This document shows, in pieces, positions 38,749 through 47,438 of a stretch of DNA of 64,000 bases. The stretch is from the NCBI GenBank assembly GCA_002493005.1, contig DKXL01000029.1:30789-94788 (forward strand), in the 5' to 3' direction. Positions within the stretch are counted from its first letter, which is position 1; each line of letters begins with the position of its first letter. A program made the translations under genes and the position numbers. This stretch comes from Ruminococcaceae bacterium UBA7127. Its GTDB lineage: Bacteria; Bacillota; Clostridia; Oscillospirales; Acutalibacteraceae. Under the pieces are notes generated by a model. It was given only the letters and a program-made list of their open reading frames with translations. It ran no database searches and was not told where the DNA came from.

Positions 38749-40746
38749 TCATTCTGTGACAGTGACAACGCAGTGGGATTTTACACCGTTGGAGGTGCGG
38801 CAGGTGATTGTTACTGTCCCGGGAGATATTGCGGTAATATTTCCGTTATTCTCGCTGACATCAGCAATACTGTCGTCAGATGTATCAAAGGTTTTTGTCA
38901 GTGATGCCGTGCTGTCAAGAACATCTCCGCATAATGTGAAGTTCTCACCACATTTGAGGGATAGCTTTGATTTGTTCAGGTTTAAATTTACAGGCATCAG
39001 CTTAACATTAACAGTAAGACTGACGGTTTTGTCATCACTCGAACAGCCTTTTATGGTAGTCAAGCCAATTCCGCGGGCAGTTACCAAGCCGTTTTCATCA
39101 ACACTTGCAACTTTATCATCACTCGACACCCATCTTATATCGTTTTTGCCGACATAAGACGAATAGCAAGCTTCAATCTGATATTTTTCAAGAAATCCCA
39201 TACTGATTTCATTATCGTTAATCATCAGCGTTGTTTGCTCTTGAAGCATCCTGTTGAGTTTTTGCGCAACATACGGGCCATAGATTTTTTGATTTGTGTA
39301 TGTCAATGGATGAATTCCGTCGCCTTTGTCATTCTTTAATCTAAAATACTGGTTTGAAATTTCTTCATTAACATCCGTAAGCTGTGTTTCTTCACTTAAG
39401 TCGATATAATCTATTTCCCATTTTTCAAGTATATCCTTAATGAGCTTCCAATATTCCGATTGCCTGTTATATTTGGTTTTGGTTAGCTTATGACAAAGCA
39501 CGAACAGCTTTACGGAATCACGATAATTCTCTTGAAGAAAATAGCAGATACTTTCAAGCGCTCCGGCAGTTGTATATTCATCATAGTTGCCTGATTTGTC
39601 ATCATCAGGTGTCACAGTGCCAATTTCTACCTTTTTGAATAAATCATTAAAGCCGCCCTCTAACAGAATTATGTCATAATGACCTTTCATTTGAGTTACT
39701 CTCTCAAGAATACTTTTTCTTGAGTCGTTCTTCATATTTTTTCGCCGTGCGAGCGTTGTACCGGGAACTGCGTTGTTTATTATATTGCAATTACAATTTT
39801 GAGCAATAAAGTTGCAATATGAGAAGCAGTCGTTTCCCAAAATATCGGTACCTGTGCCATAAGCTACGCTGTCGCCGTCACAGTATATTGATTTTCCGTT
39901 AAGATAATCGGGAGAAGGGTACAGGTTTTTGACAGCGGGAAGTGTGTAGTAGGAAGTGTCGTCAGAAATATATTTTTCCAAAAGCTTTTTGTCACTTTCC
40001 GTTACCTCAAGGTCATTATCAATATCTGCGTTGCACAACTGAATTTGGCTGAGTGCAATGTTATCTGTTAGATAACTGCTAATCAGGCTTGTATCTTTGT
40101 TGTCAATCCTGCCGTCACAGTTGACATCACCGTAATATACTTTATCGATGCTGTCAAAACTGAGCATATGCTCAGTTGCGTACTTTTCGGCATAGGTGCC
40201 GCTGTATCCGATGATTTTAAATGATGAGTCGGTACTATATTGTTGTGTGCTGATTTTCGTATTTTGCGTCGAGTCAAAAACGTCAGTGTCTACTGTACAA
40301 CTGATAGCAAAAGCATCATCACCTATGATCGATATCGTAGGAGGTATTTCAATTGATTTAAGCTGAGTACAGTTCATAAATGCTCCGTAACCAATGGTTT
40401 TAAGTCTGTTTCCAAAGCTTACGTGCGACAGATTTTTGCAACCGTAAAAAGCCCACCAACCGATCTCGGTAACAGTATCGGGGATTGTTATATTTTTGGC
40501 TGGGCTTGAGTAGAACGCAGCACACGAAACAGCGGTTACATCACAGCCTCCGAGCATAGATGGAATTTCAATGCTTTCGGCATTACCGCTATAGCCGATA
40601 ATGCTTGCTTTTTTGTCACCTAATTTATACTGCCAATCACCCTCAGAATAAGTATCGTGTGTATCAGCGGCATAACAAACCGTAGTGTATGGAATTATAG
40701 TAAATAAAATTGTAATAGATAGTAATACAGAAATTAATTTTTTCAT
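38749..40746 (-). CDS. Secreted multidomain protein: BspA-type LRR, dockerin, SGNH hydrolase, two Ig-like domains
   Basis: IPDTVTEIGWWAFYGC repeats; GDVNCDGRIDNKD and ADIDNDLEVTESD; GDS, GGFND, DGIHP; WVSSDDKVASVDENGLVTA. Confidence 0.85.
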   Translation of the reverse strand: MKKLISVLLSITILFTIIPYTTVCYAADTHDTYSEGDWQYKLGDKKASIIGYSGNAESIEIPSMLGGCDVTAVSCAAFYSSPAKNITIPDTVTEIGWWAFYGCKNLSHVSFGNRLKTIGYGAFMNCTQLKSIEIPPTISIIGDDAFAISCTVDTDVFDSTQNTKISTQQYSTDSSFKIIGYSGTYAEKYATEHMLSFDSIDKVYYGDVNCDGRIDNKDTSLISSYLTDNIALSQIQLCNADIDNDLEVTESDKKLLEKYISDDTSYYTLPAVKNLYPSPDYLNGKSIYCDGDSVAYGTGTDILGNDCFSYCNFIAQNCNCNIINNAVPGTTLARRKNMKNDSRKSILERVTQMKGHYDIILLEGGFNDLFKKVEIGTVTPDDDKSGNYDEYTTAGALESICYFLQENYRDSVKLFVLCHKLTKTKYNRQSEYWKLIKDILEKWEIDYIDLSEETQLTDVNEEISNQYFRLKNDKGDGIHPLTYTNQKIYGPYVAQKLNRMLQEQTTLMINDNEISMGFLEKYQIEACYSSYVGKNDIRWVSSDDKVASVDENGLVTARGIGLTTIKGCSSDDKTVSLTVNVKLMPVNLNLNKSKLSLKCGENFTLCGDVLDSTASLTKTFDTSDDSIADVSENNGNITAISPGTVTITCRTSNGVKSHCVVTVTE

Positions 40747-40889
40747 TGTGCAACACCCCAGTTGGATATAAATATATTTTACTTTAATACAGTCAGTTTG
40801 TAAATAGAAAACAGCAAAATTACATTAATCAAAAGTATCTATACTGTAAGTATACCCAAACTCTAGCCATCAAATTAATGATTTTTCGA

Positions 40890-40922
40890 CAAAACAAATG
40901 ACCGGCATTTCTGCCGGTCATT
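40890..40922 (-). terminator. Intrinsic terminator of a short minus-strand transcript
   Basis: AATGACCGGCA..TGCCGGTCATT 11-bp stem followed by TTGTTTTG on the minus strand. Confidence 0.75.
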
Positions 40923-41078
40923 AGGGGTATATTGGGTTATAGAAGGAATATATCAAAATAATAACGAAATAAGCATTGAAAACTAAATGCATAAAAACTC
41001 ACGCCTAATTTCAAAACTCCAAAACAAAATTACCTAAAAACAAAACTGATTGTTTCAATGCTTATTTCGTAAATTTTA
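40890..41078 (-). ncRNA. Candidate ~190-nt sRNA or small-peptide mRNA
   Basis: TTGCTG-16-TATAAT promoter (41112-41085), perfect 18-bp inverted repeat 40964-40981/41053-41070, own terminator. Confidence 0.55.
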
Positions 41079-41226
41079 ACTGTGATTATATTTTACTATA
41101 TTGCAACAGCAAAAATCGATTGCATTTGCAACGGAATTAAATTACGAGTGTAAAATGTAAAGAAGTCTTTTTGTCAATATTGCACAAATAAGCAAAGATT
41201 ACCTTCGTTATGAGCACCGAGTAAGC

Positions 41227-41256
41227 AAAAAACAGGCGGCTTATAACAAGCCGCCC
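41227..41256 (-). terminator. Terminator after fprA
   Basis: GGCGGCTT..AAGCCGCC followed by TGTTTTTT on the minus strand. Confidence 0.75.
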
Positions 41257-41274
41257 AAATAACACAAATATAAT

Positions 41275-42435
41275 TTAAGCTAAAATTTCGTCTGCAAGAG
41301 CTTCAAGCTGAGTAACATTTTCGTCTTTCATTGCAGAGCGGATAGTAACAGTTGTCGGACAAATCTCAATGTCTTTCATTGATTCCATATATTCTTTCAT
41401 GATCTTTCCTGCCATCGGACCCCAAGAACCGTTCTCTACAATAGCAACCTTTCTGTTCTTGTAACCCTTGATTTTGAGATGATGCAGAAAATCATTCATA
41501 ATCGGGAAGATTCCTCCGTCATATGTCGGTGCGGCGAGTACCATTTTGCTGTAACGAAAAGCATCTTCAATATCTTCGGCAAGGTCGGTTCTTGACAAAT
41601 CTGCAATAGAGATTTTTTTGTCAGTTTTTTCTTTAAGAATATCATAAAGCTTGAGTGCGGCTTTTTCGGTGTTGCCGTGAATTGATGCATATGCAATAAA
41701 TATGCCGTCGGTTTCAGCTTCATATTTGCTCCATGTGTCGTACAATCCGATATGATAAGAAAGGTTTTCTGTAAGGATCGGACCGTGAAGCGGACAAATT
41801 GTCTTAATATCAAGAGCAGCCGCCTTTTTGAGAAGAGCCTGCACCTGTGTGCCGTACTTACCGCAAATGTTAAAATAGTAACGTCTTGCTTCGCAAGCCC
41901 AATCTTCATCGGTATCAAGTGCTCCAAACTTGCCAAAACCGTCAGCCGAGAACAAAACCTTTTCGGTGCTTTCATACTCAACCATAACCTCAGGCCAATG
42001 AACCATCGGTGCCATTGCAAATGTTAGCTTGTGCGCTCCAAGGTCAAGTGTGTCGCCTTCTTTTACTGTTATAGTTTTGTCAGTAAGGTCAATATCAAAA
42101 AACTGCGGCAGCATATTAAATGTTTTTGCGTTGCCGACAAGTTTTACATTAGGATATTTCTCTAAAAGAACTTTAACGTTAGATGAATGGTCAGGCTCAA
42201 GGTGGCTGATTACAAGATAATCGGGGGTTTTACCGCAAAGCTCGGTTTCAAGATTTTTAAGCCATTCGTCGGTTTTGCGCTTATCAACAGTATCCATTAC
42301 GGCAATTTTTTCGTCCAAAATAAGGTATGAGTTGTATGACACACCATTTGGAACAACATACTGACTTTCAAACAAGTCAATAGTTTTGTCGTCAACTCCT
42401 ATGTATTTAATTGAATCAGAAATTGTTACTTTCAT
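41275..42435 (-). CDS. fprA: FprA-type flavodiiron protein
   Basis: SYNSYLI, HLEPDHS, HWPE, SADGFG, CPLHGP, C-terminal flavodoxin domain. Confidence 0.92.
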   Translation of the reverse strand: MKVTISDSIKYIGVDDKTIDLFESQYVVPNGVSYNSYLILDEKIAVMDTVDKRKTDEWLKNLETELCGKTPDYLVISHLEPDHSSNVKVLLEKYPNVKLVGNAKTFNMLPQFFDIDLTDKTITVKEGDTLDLGAHKLTFAMAPMVHWPEVMVEYESTEKVLFSADGFGKFGALDTDEDWACEARRYYFNICGKYGTQVQALLKKAAALDIKTICPLHGPILTENLSYHIGLYDTWSKYEAETDGIFIAYASIHGNTEKAALKLYDILKEKTDKKISIADLSRTDLAEDIEDAFRYSKMVLAAPTYDGGIFPIMNDFLHHLKIKGYKNRKVAIVENGSWGPMAGKIMKEYMESMKDIEICPTTVTIRSAMKDENVTQLEALADEILA

Positions 42436-42613
42436 AGTATCTCTCCTTATTTAAAATTCCACAGTTATTATACAACTAAATTTGACTAAAATCAATCTTT
42501 TAATTTATGCAGTGCTCTGATGGATTTTTAAAATTAAATTGTTCGTGCAAAAAATGGTAAGATATGTTATAATTATAATAAAATAACAGAAGATTAAAAA
42601 TTCGGAGGAACAA

Positions 42614-44761
42614 ATGGAGTATTCACAGCTTTTGTCACAACAGTTTAACATAAAACAGGAGTATGCATCAAACATCATATTATTGCTTGATGACGGAAAC
42701 ACAATTCCGTTTATTGCACGTTACAGAAAAGAAATGCATGGGTCAATGGATGACCAGTTAATCAGAGAATTTGCAGAAAAACTTGAGTATCTGCGAGGAC
42801 TTGATAAGCGCAGAGAAGAAATCCGCTCGCTTATTGATGCACAGCAACAGCTCACAGACGAGCTGTCGGCGGCAATAGACAAGGCGGCAACGCTCAGTGA
42901 GCTGGAGGATATCTATCGTCCTTATCGCCCAAAGCGCAAGACCAGAGCTTCTGTTGCAAAGGAAAAAGGCTTAGAACCGTTTGCCATTGAAATACTCAAG
43001 CAGGAGAACGGCTTTGATCCCGCAAAGGCGGCTGTCAATTTTATTGACGAGGAAAAGGGAGTTGCGACATACGAGGATGCTATGCAGGGCGCAATGGATA
43101 TTATCGCTGAGCAGGTGTCCGACAACGCAGAAATCCGTAAGCGTGTACGCAATCTTACCAACATATACGGTACAGTTTGCTCTGTTGCTGTTGATGCAGA
43201 AAAAGAAAGCGTTTATACAATTTATTATGACTTTAAGGAGCCGGTCAAAAAAATTGCAGGTCACAGAGTGCTTGCAGTCAACAGGGGAGAGAAAGAGGGC
43301 TTTTTAAAGGTTTCGATTGAAATGGACAGCGAAAGACCGCTTAATTCAATCTGCAAGGTGATGATAAACGGGGATAATGCATTGTGTGCCGATATCATCA
43401 AAGAAGCCTGTACAGACGCATATCAGCGCCTTATTTTCCCGTCAATAGAGCGAGAAATACGCAATGAACTCACCGACACAGCCGCAGAGAATGCAATGAA
43501 GGTTTTTGCAGTAAACCTCAAGCAGCTTTTGATGCAGCCGCCTGTCAAGGGAAAAACCGTACTCGGTCTTGACCCGGGATTCAGAACAGGCTGTAAGGTT
43601 GCTGTGGTTGACGGTACAGGAAAGGTGCTTGATACAGCGGTAATTTATCCGACTCATTCCGAACGAAAAATACAGGAATCAAAGCAGACAATTTTGAACC
43701 TCATCAAAAAGTATAATGTAGACATAATTTCTATCGGTAACGGAACAGCAAGCAAAGAAACAGAGATGTTTACCGCCGATTTAATAAAAGAAGCTGACCA
43801 CAAGGTGTATTATATGGTAGTCAGCGAGGCAGGTGCGTCGGTTTATTCCGCATCAAAGCTTGCCGCAACAGAACTGCCTGAGCTTGACCTAACATTGAGA
43901 AGTGCAGTTTCTATCGCTCGCCGTCTGCAAGACCCTCTTGCGGAGCTTGTCAAAATCGAGCCAAAGGCAATCGGCGTTGGTCAGTATCAGCACGATATGC
44001 CGCAAAAACGCCTTGGAGAAACACTCGACGGTGTTGTAGAAAACTGTGTAAACTCAGTCGGAGTTGATCTTAACACAGCTTCTCCTGCACTTCTATCAAG
44101 AGTAGCAGGACTTAACTCAACCGTGTGTAAGAACATAGTAGCATATCGTGAAGAGAACGGAGCGTTTTCGTCAAGGAGCGAGCTAAAGAAAGTTCCAAAG
44201 CTGGGGCCAAAGGCATTTGAACAATGCGCAGGATTTTTGCGTGTTCCCGAGAGTCGTAATTCGCTTGATAATACAGGCGTTCACCCCGAAAGCTACAAAA
44301 GCGCAAAAGAGCTTTTAAACATACTTCAATATTCTGACAAAGAAATAAAGCAGGGCGATTTTGCCGATCTTCAGTTTAGAGTAAAGCAAAAAGGCACAAA
44401 GTCGCTTGCCGACATTCTCGGCATAGGACTTCCGACTCTTGATGATATAGTTAAGGAATTGTCAAAGCCGGGACGCGACCCTCGTGACGAACTTCCTGCG
44501 CCTATGTTAAGAAGTGATATTCTTGACATCAAAGACCTCAAGGACGGTATGGAGCTTAAGGGCACAGTGCGCAACGTAATTGACTTTGGCGCATTTGTCG
44601 ATATCGGAGTTCATCAGGACGGACTTGTGCACATTTCTCAGATTTGCGATAAATATATCAAGCATCCGGGCGAAGTCCTCAAGGTCGGCGATGTAGTAAA
44701 TGTCAAGGTGCTTAGTGTTGACCCTGATAAAAACAGAATTTCTCTCACAATGAGATTTTAA
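42614..44761 (+). CDS. tex: Tex-family transcription accessory protein
   Basis: TIPFIARYRKE, GLDPGFRTGCK, EAGASVYSAS, IGVGQYQHD, C-terminal S1 domain. Confidence 0.95.
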   Translation: MEYSQLLSQQFNIKQEYASNIILLLDDGNTIPFIARYRKEMHGSMDDQLIREFAEKLEYLRGLDKRREEIRSLIDAQQQLTDELSAAIDKAATLSELEDIYRPYRPKRKTRASVAKEKGLEPFAIEILKQENGFDPAKAAVNFIDEEKGVATYEDAMQGAMDIIAEQVSDNAEIRKRVRNLTNIYGTVCSVAVDAEKESVYTIYYDFKEPVKKIAGHRVLAVNRGEKEGFLKVSIEMDSERPLNSICKVMINGDNALCADIIKEACTDAYQRLIFPSIEREIRNELTDTAAENAMKVFAVNLKQLLMQPPVKGKTVLGLDPGFRTGCKVAVVDGTGKVLDTAVIYPTHSERKIQESKQTILNLIKKYNVDIISIGNGTASKETEMFTADLIKEADHKVYYMVVSEAGASVYSASKLAATELPELDLTLRSAVSIARRLQDPLAELVKIEPKAIGVGQYQHDMPQKRLGETLDGVVENCVNSVGVDLNTASPALLSRVAGLNSTVCKNIVAYREENGAFSSRSELKKVPKLGPKAFEQCAGFLRVPESRNSLDNTGVHPESYKSAKELLNILQYSDKEIKQGDFADLQFRVKQKGTKSLADILGIGLPTLDDIVKELSKPGRDPRDELPAPMLRSDILDIKDLKDGMELKGTVRNVIDFGAFVDIGVHQDGLVHISQICDKYIKHPGEVLKVGDVVNVKVLSVDPDKNRISLTMRF

Positions 44762-44796
44762 TTATATAAATACGTATAAATTTAATCGGAGGCTGT

Positions 44797-45915
44797 ATGA
44801 AACTTAAATTTTCTGCTCCCTGCATATTCGGGCTTGAGGGACTGTGCGCAAACGAGTTGCGATTTCTCGGCATAGACGACGTCGTAGCCGAAAACGGCAG
44901 AGTAACATTTTCGGGCGATTATTATACGCTTGCAAAGGCAAATATTAATTCTCACTACGCAGAGCGAATCCAAATTCTTCTTGCTGAGTTTGAAGCACAT
45001 ACATTTGATGAGCTTTTTGATAATGTAGGCAAAGTCAACTGGGAGGATTTTATCGGCATTGCTGAGGCTTTTCCCGTAAAGGGAAGCTGTCTTAATTCGG
45101 ATCTTATGAGTGTTCCCGATTGCCAGAAGATAATTAAAAAATCAGTTGTAAAGCGCCTTTCGCAAAAATATATGCTTCCGTGGTTTGATGAAACAGGCGC
45201 AGTTCATCAGATACAATTTTTGATAATGAACAACAAAGTCAGCATTATGCTTGATACCTCAGGTGCAGGTCTTCATAAGCGAGGCTACAGAGCCGACTCA
45301 AACGACGCTCCGATTAAGGAAACTCTTGCAGCGGCAATGGTTGAGCTGTCAAGAGTCAGGGCAAATCATTTTGTAACCGATCCAATGTGCGGAAGCGGCA
45401 CTATTTTGATTGAAGCGGCGATGAAAGCCCTGAATATTGCTCCGGGACTTAACAGGTATTTTGCCTGTGAGCGCTGGCAATGTGTACCCAAGGGCATTTT
45501 TGAATCAGAGCGAGATCTTGCACGCAGTAAAATCCGCAGTGATTGTACCTTTAGAGCAACAGGATATGACATTGATGAAAATTCTCTTTCAATAGCACGC
45601 AAAAATGCTGAGATTGCAGGCGTTGCGGACAGAATTACATTTGAAAAGCGTGACATAAAGGATTTTGTTCCCGAAAACGGTTTTCAAACAGTTATCACAA
45701 ATCCGCCTTACGGCGAGAGGCTCCTTGATGTAAAGTCGGCAGAGCAATTATACAAGGTGATGGGCGAGAGGTTCAAACCCGACAAAACTAAGATCTATAC
45801 CATCATAAGCCCTGATGATGATTTTGAAAAAATATTCGGAAGAAAAGCCGATAAGCGCCGTAAGCTATACAACGGAACATTAAAATGTCAGCTTTATATG
45901 TACTATAAGTTTTAA
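44797..45915 (+). CDS. THUMP-domain SAM-dependent RNA methyltransferase (RlmL/YpsC-like)
   Basis: DTSGAGLHKRGYR, APIKETLAA, DPMCGSGT, TNPPYGER. Confidence 0.92.
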   Translation: MKLKFSAPCIFGLEGLCANELRFLGIDDVVAENGRVTFSGDYYTLAKANINSHYAERIQILLAEFEAHTFDELFDNVGKVNWEDFIGIAEAFPVKGSCLNSDLMSVPDCQKIIKKSVVKRLSQKYMLPWFDETGAVHQIQFLIMNNKVSIMLDTSGAGLHKRGYRADSNDAPIKETLAAAMVELSRVRANHFVTDPMCGSGTILIEAAMKALNIAPGLNRYFACERWQCVPKGIFESERDLARSKIRSDCTFRATGYDIDENSLSIARKNAEIAGVADRITFEKRDIKDFVPENGFQTVITNPPYGERLLDVKSAEQLYKVMGERFKPDKTKIYTIISPDDDFEKIFGRKADKRRKLYNGTLKCQLYMYYKF

Positions 45916-46047
45916 GAAACTGCTAAATAAATTACACTGCAAGCTGTTTGTACATTTTGCTTGCATATTTTTGCCGGCTTACACAAAAAATCACAATGTC
46001 AAAATATTAATCAGATAAAATTTAATTAGTTTTTCGGGAGGTAAATT

Positions 46048-47262
46048 ATGAAAAAACTACTTGCACTTTTATTGTCAATCGTTATGGTTGCATCATTTAC
46101 AGCGTGCACGAATTCACAAGATAACTCTGACTTGAAGGATACACAGGATACACAGGCAACCACATTAAGTAACGAAGATGTTAACGCTGAAACGCTCGAT
46201 ACCGATGTGCTTGAATGGGTTGATTTTGCGCAGTATAATCTTGACGAAACTGCACAGGTAAAGAATATAATTCTTATGATTGGTGACGGAATGGGTGAAA
46301 ATATTATAAAGGCAAGCGAAATTGTAAAGGGAGATAGGCTTGTTATGAGCGGACTTCCTTACCAAACCCATGTTACAACATACTCCCAGTCTGTGACTGA
46401 CGGCTTGGCTGAGTTTACCGACAGTGCCGCCTCTGCAACTGCGCTCAGCACAGGAGTAAAAACCTATAACAAATATATAGGAGTTGATAAAGACGGCAAC
46501 AAGCTCGAAACAATCTGTGAATTTGCAAAGGGATTAGGTATGAAAACCGGCTTGGTTGACAGACATTATGTTTGTCACGCTACGCCTGCCGGTATGGCGG
46601 CTCATACAGACAATCGTGACAATTATCCCGAGATAATAAAAGAAATGCTCGCATCAGAAATTGATGTTATGTTCGGCGGCGGAGCACAGCACTACAAGGA
46701 TATCAAAAGCGTACAAAGGACTGCTTCCAAGCATAGCTACAAGTTTATTGATAATGAGGAAGATTTGCTTTCAGCTACATCTTCCGACGGCAGATTACTT
46801 GGATTATTTGCCTATGCTAATATGGACAGGGCGTCAATGAACCCTTCGCTTACTACAATGACTTCGAAGGCACTTGATTTGCTTGATAACGACAAGGGCT
46901 TTTTCCTGATGGTTGAGGGCAGCAACATTGATGTTTTTGAATCAGCGCAGGATATGACAAGCACACTTGAACAGATGCAGTCGTTTGACAAAACAGTAGA
47001 TTTGGTTCTTAAATGGGCGGAAAAGCACCCGGGTACGCTTGTGCTTGTAACAGCAGACCACGAAACGGGCGGCGTTGTGATACCTGAAAATGCAACTGCA
47101 AAAGATATTAACGACAGCTGTTTTACCTCAGGCGGTGAGCACACAAATACAAATGTTTTGTTAATGGCAGGCGGCGCTCAGTCTGCTGAAATATGCAAGC
47201 CGGACTTGATTGACAACACAGATATCGCAAAGTATATGCGCAGTGTGTTAAGCAAAGAATAA
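46048..47262 (+). CDS. Alkaline phosphatase family lipoprotein
   Basis: Lipobox FTAC; KNIILMIGDGMG, TDSAASAT, HATPA, TADHETG. Confidence 0.9.
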   Translation: MKKLLALLLSIVMVASFTACTNSQDNSDLKDTQDTQATTLSNEDVNAETLDTDVLEWVDFAQYNLDETAQVKNIILMIGDGMGENIIKASEIVKGDRLVMSGLPYQTHVTTYSQSVTDGLAEFTDSAASATALSTGVKTYNKYIGVDKDGNKLETICEFAKGLGMKTGLVDRHYVCHATPAGMAAHTDNRDNYPEIIKEMLASEIDVMFGGGAQHYKDIKSVQRTASKHSYKFIDNEEDLLSATSSDGRLLGLFAYANMDRASMNPSLTTMTSKALDLLDNDKGFFLMVEGSNIDVFESAQDMTSTLEQMQSFDKTVDLVLKWAEKHPGTLVLVTADHETGGVVIPENATAKDINDSCFTSGGEHTNTNVLLMAGGAQSAEICKPDLIDNTDIAKYMRSVLSKE

Positions 47263-47408
47263 CTAAATCAACAGCCAAAACAAAAAATAAACAGATAAAT
47301 TCAACAGGCGATTGCCTGGGAAAGACATAGAAGTAATAAAGGATTTAAATACAAAATAGTAAATAATTACAAATATCTGCCAAGATTTTGACCTAACAGG
47401 CAAAGTTA

Positions 47409-47438
47409 AACCCGCTCTTTTATTAGAAAGAGCGGGTT
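47409..47438. terminator. Bidirectional terminator
   Basis: AACCCGCTCTTT..AAAGAGCGGGTT between convergent genes. Confidence 0.7.

Noticed and set aside
38723-39157. 144-aa plus-strand ORF and the many other antisense/overlapping ORFs in the track
   Set aside because: Shadow frames of well-supported genes, without RBS or motifs.
40964-41070. Invertible promoter between the 18-bp inverted repeats
   Set aside because: There is no recombinase nearby and the recognisable promoter lies outside the repeats. An RNA stem is the simpler reading, though inversion is not excluded.
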